This document shows, in pieces, positions 1-10,612 of a DNA stretch of 64,000 nt. The first letter of the stretch is position 1. Each line of letters starts with the position of its first letter. The translations under genes and the position numbers were made by a program. The notes below the pieces were generated by a model. That model was not told the origin of the DNA and searched no databases. It saw nothing but the letters and a program-made list of their open reading frames with translations. The stretch is from Nitrososphaerota archaeon (GTDB lineage Archaea > Thermoproteota > Nitrososphaeria_A > Caldarchaeales > Calditenuaceae): positions 94,609-158,608 of the forward strand of contig JAWBQR010000002.1 in the NCBI GenBank assembly GCA_038845265.1, written 5' to 3'.

Positions 1-630
1 GTTCATATTGACATTTTTTCCAATCTCTGTATAAACGGTTGCGGCTTCACTCTTAGTATACCACCTAATTAGATCTGCAAGGTGGACAGTATGATCCATT
101 ACAGCGCCACCTCCAGAGAGTTTTTGGTCAGTAAACCATCGTCTTAATAGTGGTAGGCTAGAATTAAGCTTATTTGTACCGATTAATGCTACAACTTTTC
201 CAATTCTCCCTTCATCTATGAGGTTCTTTACCAGAATTGATGTCGAGTGGTATCTCATGACGAAACATGTCTGGAACTTTACTCCTCTTTTCTCAGCCTT
301 CTTAATCATGTCGTCAGCATCTTCCACAGTGGTTGCTATTGGCTTCTCGCAGAGTATGTGTTTTCCAGCCTCGGCGGCCTTTATAGAGAGATCGTGATGC
401 TTAACATTCTCGGCAGTAATGATGACTGCATCAATATCATCCCTCCTCAACAATTGATCTATATTCTTGTAGTAATCTATGTTAAATTTCTTAGAGAATT
501 CACTTCCTAAGGAATCATCCTCTTCATAAACAGCAATTATTTCGCCGTTTGGCAACTTTTTAATTGCATTGGCATAATTATCGGCGTGGAAATGCGCAAC
601 ACCCAAAAAACCAAATCTGACTTTTTTCAT
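1..630 (-). CDS. Gfo/Idh/MocA family oxidoreductase, runs off the left edge of the window
   Basis: Not in the ORF track; manual translation from ATG at 630 gives MKKVRFGFLGVAHFHA...GKHILCEKPIA...GGGAVMDHTVH, with the EKP motif. Confidence 0.85.
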   Translation of the reverse strand, partial: MKKVRFGFLGVAHFHADNYANAIKKLPNGEIIAVYEEDDSLGSEFSKKFNIDYYKNIDQLLRRDDIDAVIITAENVKHHDLSIKAAEAGKHILCEKPIATTVEDADDMIKKAEKRGVKFQTCFVMRYHSTSILVKNLIDEGRIGKVVALIGTNKLNSSLPLLRRWFTDQKLSGGGAVMDHTVHLADLIRWYTKSEAATVYTEIGKNVNMN

Positions 631-633
631 TTA

Positions 634-1668
634 TTACCCCTCCTTTATTGGAAGATAAATCGGCGTATTTAACTCGGACGATTTAAGAGCAGCAATACAG
701 ACCTCTAGGCTCCGACGAGCTACCACTCCATCAGTCATTGGAGTCCTATCTTCTTTAATGCATTCGACGAAGTGCTTCAACTCTCTGTAAAACGGATCGA
801 CTGGGAATGGATGGACAGCAGGTCTCCACGGAAGTGTCTCTGGAGAGAATCCACTAATCGACTCATTTGTTATAAGTTTGACAGGAACTGGTGATTGATT
901 ATCAAGTGTAATCATTCCTTTTGTACCATCAACCTCAAACTTCATTGTGAATGGGTGCATCTTCGGCAACGCCCAGTTAGCCTCTACTAATGCAGTACCG
1001 CCATCTTCAAATCTCAGATTAATTAGAGCAAAATCCTCTGCAGAAATGTCTTTGTGGACCAGCCTATTAATTATGGCGTAGACTCTTTCAACTCTTTTAT
1101 TAAAGACCCACATCAAATAATCAACATCATGTATAGCTAAGTCAATCGCTACTCCACCGCTTTGTGTCTTGTCTAAGAACCATGGACTCCACTCCGGTAT
1201 TGGTCCTCCCCTAAAAGTCCTAGCAATTACCGGCTCACCGATCATTCCCTGATCAATCAGTTCTTTCGCCTTCATGTATTCGGGGAAAAATCTTAACACA
1301 TGTCCAACCATCAATTTGACTTTATTTTTCTTAGCTGTCTCTATTATTGCATCTGCGTCTTTGAGAGATAGCGCTATTGGTTTTTCCAGAAATACGTGTT
1401 TACCAGCATTCATGGAAGTTATTGAGTAGTTAGCGTGTGTGTGGGTCGGTGTGCAAACATCTACTATATCTATGTCTTTTCGCCTGAGCACTTCCTCAGC
1501 GTCTTTGTATGCCTCTATACCAAACTTTTTCGCTACCTCTTTGGCTTTTTCTAAGTTTCTACCAACCACTGCTTTGACTTCGCAGTCATCAATGTATCTC
1601 CATGCCGAGATATGTGTAGTGCCCATGAATCCATAGCCTATTACAGCTACTCCAAGCTTATCACTCAT
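634..1668 (-). CDS. Gfo/Idh/MocA family oxidoreductase
   Basis: Rossmann VIGYGFMG, HVFLEKP, GG-x(3)-DLAIH motifs. Confidence 0.92.
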   Translation of the reverse strand: MSDKLGVAVIGYGFMGTTHISAWRYIDDCEVKAVVGRNLEKAKEVAKKFGIEAYKDAEEVLRRKDIDIVDVCTPTHTHANYSITSMNAGKHVFLEKPIALSLKDADAIIETAKKNKVKLMVGHVLRFFPEYMKAKELIDQGMIGEPVIARTFRGGPIPEWSPWFLDKTQSGGVAIDLAIHDVDYLMWVFNKRVERVYAIINRLVHKDISAEDFALINLRFEDGGTALVEANWALPKMHPFTMKFEVDGTKGMITLDNQSPVPVKLITNESISGFSPETLPWRPAVHPFPVDPFYRELKHFVECIKEDRTPMTDGVVARRSLEVCIAALKSSELNTPIYLPIKEG

Positions 1669-1685
1669 AGGTCATCCCACACTAT

Positions 1686-2741
1686 TTATTTAATTAGGGG
1701 GAGTTTCACTGGCCTATTCTCATTATAGGATATTATTGCAGCAAGTGCCGCTTCATGAGTATTTACTGCATCTTCAACATTACAGTGCGACTCCTTATCT
1801 TTCAAGATACAATCGACGAAATGATTTACTTCGTGTTCGAATGGATGGTGCCTCACATCGGCTGTATCTGGCAGGATAGTGGGGACTGTGACCCAATCGG
1901 TCTGTCCAGGAAACTTGCCCGGAGCCCAAATCCTATTGTTTACTATTGTTCCCTTGTCTCCGAAAATTGTTACTGGGAAGTAATATGGACTGGCGCAGTC
2001 AAAGTTGGAGTTAATTTTGCCTAGAGCCCCATTTTCAAATTTGGCCAGAAGAACTTCTAGACCATAGTACTCTATGTCTTTTCCATACCTGTGTCCCCCT
2101 GAGTATGCGAATACTTCTGTGATGTTATTAGCTTTATCGGCGGCTTTGCATGAAAGCCACCTAGCAGCATCAAGAGCATGAACTCCAGCTACTAGAAAAC
2201 TACTTACACCATATTCTTTTGTCTTGGCCCAATGCCAGCCTGTCCACCACTCAGCTATGTGAGAATTATATCCAGTCTCTACGTAGTATACGTCTCCTAA
2301 TGCTCCCTCGACTAGCAACGACTTAATTGTCTCGAACAGCGGATTCCATCTAAGCACAAATCCGACTACTGTCTTCACTCGTGATTTTCTAACAGAATCT
2401 CTAAGCATTTTTAATTGCTCTAAGCTAATTGCTATTGGTTTCTCAACAACCATATGTTTTTTCGCTTCTGCCGCCATCACTGCCTGCTCTACATGTAAAT
2501 GTTGAGGAGAACATATTGCAATGATATTTACGTTTGGGTCATCAACAAGTTTACTGTAATCTGTATAGAATTTAACATCTTTTAATCCACACTCCCTTGC
2601 CAAGTTTTCACAGCTGGCAATTCGCGGACTCATTAGTGCAACAACCTTAGTATATGGGTTTTTCTCGAAGGCAGGTACGTATTGGGTTGATACCCACCCG
2701 CAGCCAGCTATACCTACTCCAAATAACTTATTCCTAGACAT
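1686..2741 (-). CDS. Gfo/Idh/MocA family oxidoreductase
   Basis: GIAGCGW, HMVVEKP, VGFVLRW motifs. Confidence 0.92.
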   Translation of the reverse strand: MSRNKLFGVGIAGCGWVSTQYVPAFEKNPYTKVVALMSPRIASCENLARECGLKDVKFYTDYSKLVDDPNVNIIAICSPQHLHVEQAVMAAEAKKHMVVEKPIAISLEQLKMLRDSVRKSRVKTVVGFVLRWNPLFETIKSLLVEGALGDVYYVETGYNSHIAEWWTGWHWAKTKEYGVSSFLVAGVHALDAARWLSCKAADKANNITEVFAYSGGHRYGKDIEYYGLEVLLAKFENGALGKINSNFDCASPYYFPVTIFGDKGTIVNNRIWAPGKFPGQTDWVTVPTILPDTADVRHHPFEHEVNHFVDCILKDKESHCNVEDAVNTHEAALAAIISYNENRPVKLPLIK

Positions 2742-2893
2742 AAAATTGGACTATAAATGCTGGAAAATAAACTTTTCTGCAAAAATTTATGCAAGATTGG
2801 ATTTCATAAATATGTCTTATAGTTGTGAATAATTAACTATATGAAAAAAATTATTTATAGTAGTGTAAAAATCTAACATATGCGTGAAAATAA

Positions 2894-4441
2894 ATGAGTC
2901 AGGAAAAAGTTGTTTCTAGGAGAAAATTCTTAGGTGCTGTAGGTGGACTGGCCGCAGCAACAGTTGTTGGATGGGGGCTTGCCGGCTATTATGCAGCTCA
3001 ACCCCCAAGAGAAGTGGTCAGAACCGTTACACAGACGCAGACAGTCACACAGACGGTTACGCAGACGGTAGGTGTCACTACTACTCCGCCTGTAACTACT
3101 ACCACTCTGCCACCACTTAGCAAGTTTGTTGACATAGAATGGGGTATCTGGAGCTGGGGAGTCGAGCTCTGTAACGACAATGCGAGGATTTTCAATGAAA
3201 ATAATACAGATATGAAGCTCCACGTTACCGACTTAGGAGCTAACTATATGGCGAATCTCTTTGCGAGATACGCTGCTGGAGATCCTCCGGACATATATTA
3301 CGCTACTCCTGACATAGCTTATGTAGTTCAGTATAGAAAGTGGGCTGCAGATATTGAGGACTATTTCCCAGAGGCTAGGAGGTATCTAGATGATATATAT
3401 CCAGGAATGAGGGAGTTCTATATCAATCCATTTACTGGAAAGGTTCATGGACTCTGCTACTGGGCCGGTCCATACGTTTTCGCATATAATAAGAGACATC
3501 TAACCGAGGCAGGAATAGGTGCTCCGCCTAAAGACTACGATGAGGTAGCAGAACAAGCTAAGATAATTAAACAGAAGGGAATATGTGAGTATCCGATCGG
3601 AGCACTGTGGTCTTGGGGATTCCCGGCGCTCTGGTACATGATAATGCTAGGATACCATGAACCAAAACCAGGTACGCGTTTCCTCTTCGATGAAGACTTG
3701 AATCCAATATTTGATGATAAAGGTACGCCATTCTATGAAGCCGTTAAATGGCTATTAGAAAGAGTTGTGGTAGACAAAACAATATCGCCGGGAATTAGAG
3801 AATACGATGAGTCAGGAATAACGACGGCGATAGGTTCTGGCACTGTTACGTTCTGTCTTAACCTACCCGATTATGACATAGCTGGAGCCAATGTGCCAGA
3901 ACTAAAAGAGAGTGGAAATGTAACGATGTGTCTAAACCCAGGAACAGGCTACGCTGTGTATCATCCAACAAACTATAGCATATCTACCAGATGTATGGAG
4001 AGAGGTAAAGATAACCAAATTGCTGTGTGGCGCGTCATGCAATTCTTAGGAGGTAAGACTACAAATGCTCGGCCAGACTTTGAGAGAGGTGAATACTTTG
4101 TATGTAACAGGCTAATTAGACAGTACGGAGTTACGTCTGCTTACAGGCCAGTAATGGAAGACCCAACGAATAAAGAAGTTTTAAGGAAGCTAAAGATAGA
4201 CCCAGATCTCCTGCTGGCTCAATACGAGAAACTGACTACGATACTGTGGAGAGACCCCGTACTGACGCCATGGTGGGCAGACTGGTTCAGCTCTCCTAGC
4301 AGTGAGGCAGGTGGAAGAGTCAAGCCTAAATTTGAAGAATTCCTAACGGGTGTCAGATCATACAGCGACGCCGAGATTTTGAACTTCTTGAAAGAAATTG
4401 CGGAAGACTGGAAGAGGGCTAAGAAGGAGGCTGGAATGTAG
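2894..4441 (+). CDS. Carbohydrate ABC transporter substrate-binding protein with Tat signal and Thr/Val-rich linker
   Basis: SRRKFL twin-arginine motif plus hydrophobic helix, TVTQ repeats, GDPPDI motif; followed by two permeases. Confidence 0.88.
   Translation: MSQEKVVSRRKFLGAVGGLAAATVVGWGLAGYYAAQPPREVVRTVTQTQTVTQTVTQTVGVTTTPPVTTTTLPPLSKFVDIEWGIWSWGVELCNDNARIFNENNTDMKLHVTDLGANYMANLFARYAAGDPPDIYYATPDIAYVVQYRKWAADIEDYFPEARRYLDDIYPGMREFYINPFTGKVHGLCYWAGPYVFAYNKRHLTEAGIGAPPKDYDEVAEQAKIIKQKGICEYPIGALWSWGFPALWYMIMLGYHEPKPGTRFLFDEDLNPIFDDKGTPFYEAVKWLLERVVVDKTISPGIREYDESGITTAIGSGTVTFCLNLPDYDIAGANVPELKESGNVTMCLNPGTGYAVYHPTNYSISTRCMERGKDNQIAVWRVMQFLGGKTTNARPDFERGEYFVCNRLIRQYGVTSAYRPVMEDPTNKEVLRKLKIDPDLLLAQYEKLTTILWRDPVLTPWWADWFSSPSSEAGGRVKPKFEEFLTGVRSYSDAEILNFLKEIAEDWKRAKKEAGM
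3022..3070 (+). repeat. Degenerate 12-bp coding tandem repeat encoding the TVTQ linker
   Basis: accgttacacag acgcag acagtcacacag acggttacgcag acggta. Confidence 0.6.
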
Positions 4442-4443
4442 GA

Positions 4444-5328
4444 GTGGCTTCAAAGACAGTGACATTACTAATCTGCCTAATACCTGCCTTAACACCTCTT
4501 TTTTTGTTTGGTTTTTACCCACTTGCTTATGCATTTTATCTCAGCTTTACATTTTTTAATCTGAAATCACCGGTTGAGCCATACTTTTATGGACTGGGAA
4601 ATTACGCAGACCTAGGAAATGATCCTGTATTCATAAGGGCACTACAATCGACAGGACTATTTGCATTGATAACCGTACCACTTATTACATTAATATCGCT
4701 CGGACAGGCGCTTCTGCTGGCTAGTCAGTTTAGAGGAGTGAAAGTTTTTCAAGTTCTCGCGTTGCTTCCGTGGGGGATACCACTCGTCGTAAGCTCATCA
4801 GTTTATAGATTGTTCTTTGACTTTAACTTTGGTCTCTTTAACGACTTAATGGTCAAATTAGGAGCAATTAATCAATATGTATCTTGGTTATCGATGCCTT
4901 GGCCAGCCTTATTCATTGTTGCTCTGGCACATGTCTGGGTGAACACTCCATTACCTACGTTGCTTATCTTGGCAGGTATACAGTCAATTCCAAAGGAACT
5001 CTATGAGGCGGCATTAATAGACGGTGCAAAAACCTTCGCTCGATTCAGAATGGTTACGTGGAACTGGCTTAGGCCAATCATGTTGATAGTGCTGGTATAT
5101 TCCTCGCTAAGTGCTCTATGGTGTTTTGACCCAATATACGTCATTACAGCTGGTGGACCAGCTGACTTCACGAAACTAATAACCTTCTATACCTACGAAA
5201 AGATGTTCAGCTATCTTAATTTTGGGCAAGCAGGAGCCATCACAATCCTTGTCTTAGGGTTGACTGGCTTATTGATCTACGCCTACTTTAGAGCCCTGAG
5301 GCTCGGACGCGTAAGATTAAGGGTGTGA
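4444..5328 (+). CDS. Carbohydrate ABC transporter permease (MalF/UgpA-like)
   Basis: Multiple TM helices, EAA loop ELYEAALIDGA. Confidence 0.92.
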   Translation: MASKTVTLLICLIPALTPLFLFGFYPLAYAFYLSFTFFNLKSPVEPYFYGLGNYADLGNDPVFIRALQSTGLFALITVPLITLISLGQALLLASQFRGVKVFQVLALLPWGIPLVVSSSVYRLFFDFNFGLFNDLMVKLGAINQYVSWLSMPWPALFIVALAHVWVNTPLPTLLILAGIQSIPKELYEAALIDGAKTFARFRMVTWNWLRPIMLIVLVYSSLSALWCFDPIYVITAGGPADFTKLITFYTYEKMFSYLNFGQAGAITILVLGLTGLLIYAYFRALRLGRVRLRV

Positions 5329-6239
5329 GAACGATGGCGCAGAACGATAAGAAATCTAATAAATCTAACATAATTTTGTACGTCGCTGCACTTTTACTAG
5401 TGATATGGATTGCCTTTCCGATTTATTGGATGACGAATCTAAGCCTGCAGGCAGAGAAGGAGATATACAGCGTGCCTCCATACTATTTCCCGCCTAATCC
5501 AAACATAAACAATTACTGGTTCATCTTTGATATTGAAGCGGCTGTTAAGTATTTCCTAGAGCAAGGGATGTCTCTATTCCTATTCATTCCAGGCTCTATC
5601 AAGGAGTTTCCAAGGGCAATAATCAACAGTGTGATTATAGCTACCACAGTAATGGGCTATAACCTAATTGCAGGCATGCTTGGATCATTTGCCCTTACTA
5701 GGATTAGGTTCAAGGGCGCAATGCCGTTATTCTATCTTTCAATAATCGGTAGGCTACTGCCACCAGTCGTCATAGCTGTTCCATACTACGTAATAATTAG
5801 GAGTATAGGCCTACTAGATACATTAGTTTCAGTAATCATGGTCCACATAATGTTTACAATGCCCTTCACGATATGGATACTGAATACATATCTCTTAGGC
5901 ATCCCCACCGATATTGAGGATGCTGCAAGGGTGGATGGATACTCCTACTTTGAGATACTGAGAAAAGTTACATTCCCAATCATAAAACCCGCAATCGTCG
6001 CGATTGCCATAACATCCTTCATGATTTCATATGGTGAATTCTTCTTTGCACTACTATTAACTAAGACTGCAGCATCAAGAACGATCCCGGTGATTATTGG
6101 GTCAGCCATGTCTGAGCCGAGGGTCGTAAAGGGACTGATATGTGCGATGGGAGTGCTTGCTATGCTTCCCGCAATGGTCATAATAATTCTCTTCAGAAGA
6201 TATTTGATACGAGGACTAGTAGCCGGAGCAGTAAAGTAA
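5325..6239 (+). CDS. Carbohydrate ABC transporter permease (MalG/UgpE-like)
   Basis: EAA loop DIEDAARVDG, C-terminal RYLIRGLVAGAVK. Confidence 0.92.
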   Translation: MRTMAQNDKKSNKSNIILYVAALLLVIWIAFPIYWMTNLSLQAEKEIYSVPPYYFPPNPNINNYWFIFDIEAAVKYFLEQGMSLFLFIPGSIKEFPRAIINSVIIATTVMGYNLIAGMLGSFALTRIRFKGAMPLFYLSIIGRLLPPVVIAVPYYVIIRSIGLLDTLVSVIMVHIMFTMPFTIWILNTYLLGIPTDIEDAARVDGYSYFEILRKVTFPIIKPAIVAIAITSFMISYGEFFFALLLTKTAASRTIPVIIGSAMSEPRVVKGLICAMGVLAMLPAMVIIILFRRYLIRGLVAGAVK

Positions 6240-6290
6240 ACTTCCAAACTCAGACATAATTTATTTTTTTATTGATTATATATAATGTCT

Positions 6291-7337
6291 TTATTTATGC
6301 ATAGGTTCTTGTAGTGTAACACAGTGTATCCCACCAAGTCCATAGAATAGTTCACGACAATTAATAGGAATTATCTCTTTATCACTGACTAAGTCTTGTA
6401 TTATGTTTATTGCTTCTTCATCTTCTCTGACATCAAATACCGGGACTAAAATATGCCTATTGCTGATGTAAAAGTTAGCATACGTTGCCGGCACCTTCAC
6501 GCCTAGTACCTCTACTCCTAGTGGTAGTGGCAAGAAATACAGATCAATCTCTCGATTACTCTTCTTTATCCATGCTTCTATCTTTTCTTTATTTTCACTC
6601 ATTATTTCTTTATTTGGAACATTATGTCGTCCATCCCAGACTAGCAGTAATTTATTATTCGTTACGAATCTACAGAAAACATCGATGTGCCCATCGGTAT
6701 CGTCTCCAATTAGGCCTCTTTCTAGCCATAAAAACTCTTCAATGCCTAAATAATCTCTAAGAATAGATTCTGCTTTTTCTCTTGTAAGTCCGGGGTTTCT
6801 ATTATCGTTAAGCATTGATTCCTCAGTTATTATCGCTAGACCCCCTCCGTCAGTCTCTATTGCTCCCCCCTCAAAGACAGTATCTGATCTAAAAACCTCA
6901 GCCCCACTGAGGAGCAGCAATTTTATGCCTGCATTATTATCTTCGGCCAGGTCGGGGTATTTTCCTCCCCAAGCGTTGAAGATCCACTTAACGCCCCCAA
7001 GCTTCTTCTCTGGACTAATTATGAATGTTGGACCATAGTCTCTTACCCAGACATCCCTCGTCTTTATGTGATAGAATTCAACTCCTTTTGTTTCTACTCC
7101 ATGCATGTTGAGGATGTTTTCGACAATGCTATCCCAATCCTCGTTATCGACCATTATCTTGACTCTCTCGTCCTTCCTTAATGCTTCAACAATGTTACAG
7201 TATGTCTCCTCAACTTTGGGTAGTATTTTTTCAGGAAACGTATCTATATTCTTTGGCCAAGCTATCCACGTGGCCACGTGTGGCTCCCACTCGGCTGGTA
7301 GTCGATAATTAAGAAGCCTCGGAGTACGAGTTCTCAT
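6291..7337 (-). CDS. aguA: Agmatine deiminase (peptidylarginine deiminase-like family)
   Basis: PAEWEPH, WVRDYGP, FEGG, DTDGHID, GGIHCVT motifs; start placed at the ATG overlapping the aguB stop (the track starts it at 7391). Confidence 0.9.
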   Translation of the reverse strand: MRTRTPRLLNYRLPAEWEPHVATWIAWPKNIDTFPEKILPKVEETYCNIVEALRKDERVKIMVDNEDWDSIVENILNMHGVETKGVEFYHIKTRDVWVRDYGPTFIISPEKKLGGVKWIFNAWGGKYPDLAEDNNAGIKLLLLSGAEVFRSDTVFEGGAIETDGGGLAIITEESMLNDNRNPGLTREKAESILRDYLGIEEFLWLERGLIGDDTDGHIDVFCRFVTNNKLLLVWDGRHNVPNKEIMSENKEKIEAWIKKSNREIDLYFLPLPLGVEVLGVKVPATYANFYISNRHILVPVFDVREDEEAINIIQDLVSDKEIIPINCRELFYGLGGIHCVTLQEPMHK

Positions 7338-8176
7338 TTCTTCAAGAGCCTCTTGTAGGTACTTGGTCTCCTGTTCTCTAAGAAGCCCCATCCAGTCCTA
7401 ACTTTTCGATTATGCTCAAAATCAACTTCTGCTAAAAGTATTTCTTCATCTTCTTTAGCCATTGCGAGTATTTTGCCAAATGCATCACAGATGAATGAGC
7501 TTCCCCAGAAGTTTATCCGCCCCTCTTTACCAGTCCGATTGACTGCTGCCACGATAGTTGCATTTGCAATAGCGTGCCCTCTCTGGACATTAATCCACGC
7601 TTCTTTCCAATCACCCTCATCCTGCTCAATTCCATCTACTGTCCCTATCGCTGATGGATAGAAGATAATATCCGCGCCCATGAGTGCATTTATCCTAGCC
7701 ACCTCAGGAAACCACTGGTCATAGCATATTGAGACTCCGATATTGCCGATTCTGGTCTTAAAGACTCTATATCCAAGATTTCCTGGAGAAAAATAGTTCT
7801 TCTCGTAAAAACACTCGTCCTGTGGTAGATGCATCTTTCTATACTTACCGAGAAGTCTGCCATTTGAATCGAAGATGAGCGATGTATTATAGAACCGCTT
7901 ATCAACATACTCGCAGATCGACCCGGAAATCAATATCACTTCACTCTTCCTAGCCACCTCTGAAAGAGTCCTAGTAACCTCTCCAGGAATTCTTTCCCAA
8001 TGTGGTGGTTTTCCAGAATCAATCTGTGGAAAATATCGAGTCAAAAAGAGTTCTGGTAGGCATATGATATTCGCGCCTCTCTCAGCAGCTTCTCTTATCA
8101 TCGATACTGCCTTACGTAAATTATCACTCACACTCTCCGACATTGACATCTGTATCAAACCTATAATGTGCTTCAA
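7334..8176 (-). CDS. aguB: N-carbamoylputrescine amidase (nitrilase superfamily)
   Basis: LPELF, YRKMH, FYEKNYF, ICYDQWFPE triad motifs, QRGHAIAN; coupled to aguA. Confidence 0.88.
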   Translation of the reverse strand: MKHIIGLIQMSMSESVSDNLRKAVSMIREAAERGANIICLPELFLTRYFPQIDSGKPPHWERIPGEVTRTLSEVARKSEVILISGSICEYVDKRFYNTSLIFDSNGRLLGKYRKMHLPQDECFYEKNYFSPGNLGYRVFKTRIGNIGVSICYDQWFPEVARINALMGADIIFYPSAIGTVDGIEQDEGDWKEAWINVQRGHAIANATIVAAVNRTGKEGRINFWGSSFICDAFGKILAMAKEDEEILLAEVDFEHNRKVRTGWGFLENRRPSTYKRLLKK

Positions 8177-8301
8177 TTCTCTGTTATATGAAAGTAAAAG
8201 TCATCAAGTTTTAACCTTATCTATCCACTTAACATCAAAGATAGTAGTCAAAAATTTTTATAAGAATCTCTTGTAGATGTTTTCCTAGTGGGTGTACTTA
8301 T

Positions 8302-9483
8302 TTGAGTATTACTGAAAAATCGAATATATCTAGAAAATTGTTAATGATTCCGGGTCCGAGTGAGTGTTTTCAGGAAGTCTTATCAAGCATGTCTGAGCCG
8401 CCTCCCGCACATTATATGGACGATTTTGTAGCAATCTACGACGAGGTCATCACACTTCTTAAACAAGTCTTTGGAACTAGAGGCGACGTATTTTTAATTA
8501 CTGGCTCTGGCTCGGCTGGGCTTGAAGCATCTATAACCAGTTTAATTGAACCAGGAGAGAAAGTTATTTCGGATGAATACTACTTAAAATTCCTACAAGC
8601 AATAGGTGCTAAACCAATTATGCTCCAGAGAGGACGTGGAGAAGCAATTACGGCAGATATGATTGAGAAGATTTTACGGAGGGAACAGGACATATGTGCT
8701 ATTGCAGTAGCCCATAACGATACTGCTCAGGGATTAACTAACCCAATAGATGAAATAAGTGAGGTCGCTAAGAAATATAGCGTTTTATTAATTATTGACG
8801 CTGTCTCATCGTTTGGTGGAATACCAATAAAATTCGATGACTGGGGCATCGATATATGTTCATCTGCCTCGCAGAAGGCATTATCTATTCCTCCTGGATT
8901 AGTGCCTATTGCTGTGAGCAGATATGCATGGGAAAAAATAATGAATAGAAAGAATCCAATACCAAGTAGGTACCTAAACCTGCTGACTTATCGTGAAGCC
9001 CATGAGCAATACGGAAGCTGGCATCCAACGCCTTTTACCACTTCTCCGACTTTAGTAAAGGCACTACTGGTATCGCTTAGAAAACTTATGGCTGAAGGAT
9101 TAAACAATGTTTATGAGAGGCATGCTAAGACAGCGATGGCTGTTAGGGAAGCCGTAAAATCGGCAGGTTTCAAATTACTAGTCATGGACGAGAAATATTC
9201 ATCTAATACTGTGACAGCTGTTAGATGGCCTGATGGCTATGATTATAGAAAGTTTTGGAATCTATTATATAGGAAGTATAATGTTATGATTGGGAATCCG
9301 CCAGCCCAGTGGGAGGCCTGGCCCATTTTTAAGGACAGCTTTAGGATTGGTCACATGGGGAGAACAGCCATGCGGGATTATGTCCTATCTACCATATCAG
9401 CTATTGAGAAGGCATTGATTGATATTAATTATCCAATCAAAAAGGGAGTCATGACTGAGATGGTAGAGGCAATTTTGACATAG
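8302..9483 (+). CDS. Class V PLP aminotransferase (alanine-glyoxylate/serine-pyruvate type)
   Basis: LMIPGP, DAVSS, SQKAL (PLP lysine), FRIGHMG. Confidence 0.9.
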   Translation: MSITEKSNISRKLLMIPGPSECFQEVLSSMSEPPPAHYMDDFVAIYDEVITLLKQVFGTRGDVFLITGSGSAGLEASITSLIEPGEKVISDEYYLKFLQAIGAKPIMLQRGRGEAITADMIEKILRREQDICAIAVAHNDTAQGLTNPIDEISEVAKKYSVLLIIDAVSSFGGIPIKFDDWGIDICSSASQKALSIPPGLVPIAVSRYAWEKIMNRKNPIPSRYLNLLTYREAHEQYGSWHPTPFTTSPTLVKALLVSLRKLMAEGLNNVYERHAKTAMAVREAVKSAGFKLLVMDEKYSSNTVTAVRWPDGYDYRKFWNLLYRKYNVMIGNPPAQWEAWPIFKDSFRIGHMGRTAMRDYVLSTISAIEKALIDINYPIKKGVMTEMVEAILT

Positions 9484-9538
9484 AACTATATGTTATCTCT
9501 ATAAGTAAGTATTTGATTTGCTAGTAAGGTGAAAACTC

Positions 9539-10606
9539 GTGAACATATTTGAGCAATACTTCTTAGCCATTTTAGTACTGCTTGTCTCACTAGTAATTGG
9601 GCTTGCTATTCGTCAAACGTTGAGATACTTATTGAAGAAATGGGCGGAACGTACTGAGACAAAGTTAGATGATGTTATTATTAATGCAGTTAAGAACCCA
9701 ATAATAATTTGGTTTTTATTAGCTGGGATCTACAGTGCTCTTAATTTCGTTATGATTCCAGAAAGTGTTTTACAATACATCGAGAAGGGGATTCTCGCAT
9801 TAATTATCTTTTCAATAACTTTCACATTGGCGAGCATTACAAGTGGCATCATTAAGTACTATGGAGTAAAGCTCGGTATTACGCTTCAGGTCACGGGATT
9901 AGGACAGTTTCTCGCAAAGGCTGCTATAATATCGATAGGCATAATTATCATTCTCGCAGAGCTTGGAATAGAGATTACTCCACTTATCGCATCGCTAGGT
10001 ATTGGCGCCTTGGCAGTAGCACTTGCATTGCAGGACACATTATCCAATGTCTTTGCGGGCTTTTATGTCTTGGCTGACAAGCCAATCAGGATAGGTGATT
10101 ATATTATGGTTGAGGGTGCTGGTGAGGGATACGTAATAGATATTGGATGGAGATCAACGAAGATCAGGACGCTTCAAAACAACGTGATAGTAATTCCTAA
10201 CAAGAAGCTCGCTGATTCTGTCATAACTAATTACTACATGCCTGACAAGCCCGTCTCTGTACCCATAAGCATAGCTGTCAGTTATAATGAAGATCCGGAA
10301 CGAGTAGAGAAAATTCTGCTCGATGAGGCCTTGAAGGCCTCCAAGGAGATTCCTGGAATGCTTGACGACCCCGCACCATTTGTAAGATTCTTACCAGGAC
10401 CCGGAGAATACTCTCTGAACTTCACCATAATATGTAGAGCTCGAGAATATACAGATCAATTCCTAATTAGACATGAGATGTATAAGAGGATTTTTAGAAG
10501 ATTACGTGAAGAGGGGATCGAGATTCCTTTCCCGATCCGCACAGTGTATCTTAAGCAAGGGGGCGAAAGAAGAAAACAGAGATCTCGTAAAGCTGGAACC
10601 ACTTAG
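9539..10606 (+). CDS. mscS: Small-conductance mechanosensitive channel
   Basis: ALQDTLSNVFAG, GDYI, IGWRSTKI, IEIPFP. Confidence 0.93.
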   Translation: MNIFEQYFLAILVLLVSLVIGLAIRQTLRYLLKKWAERTETKLDDVIINAVKNPIIIWFLLAGIYSALNFVMIPESVLQYIEKGILALIIFSITFTLASITSGIIKYYGVKLGITLQVTGLGQFLAKAAIISIGIIIILAELGIEITPLIASLGIGALAVALALQDTLSNVFAGFYVLADKPIRIGDYIMVEGAGEGYVIDIGWRSTKIRTLQNNVIVIPNKKLADSVITNYYMPDKPVSVPISIAVSYNEDPERVEKILLDEALKASKEIPGMLDDPAPFVRFLPGPGEYSLNFTIICRAREYTDQFLIRHEMYKRIFRRLREEGIEIPFPIRTVYLKQGGERRKQRSRKAGTT

Positions 10607-10612
10607 CGACTT

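Noticed and set aside
3022-3110. Repetitive DNA that might be a CRISPR or mobile repeat
   Set aside because: Codon-level repeats of the Thr/Val linker; no repeat-spacer structure. No CRISPR array or cas gene was seen in the window.
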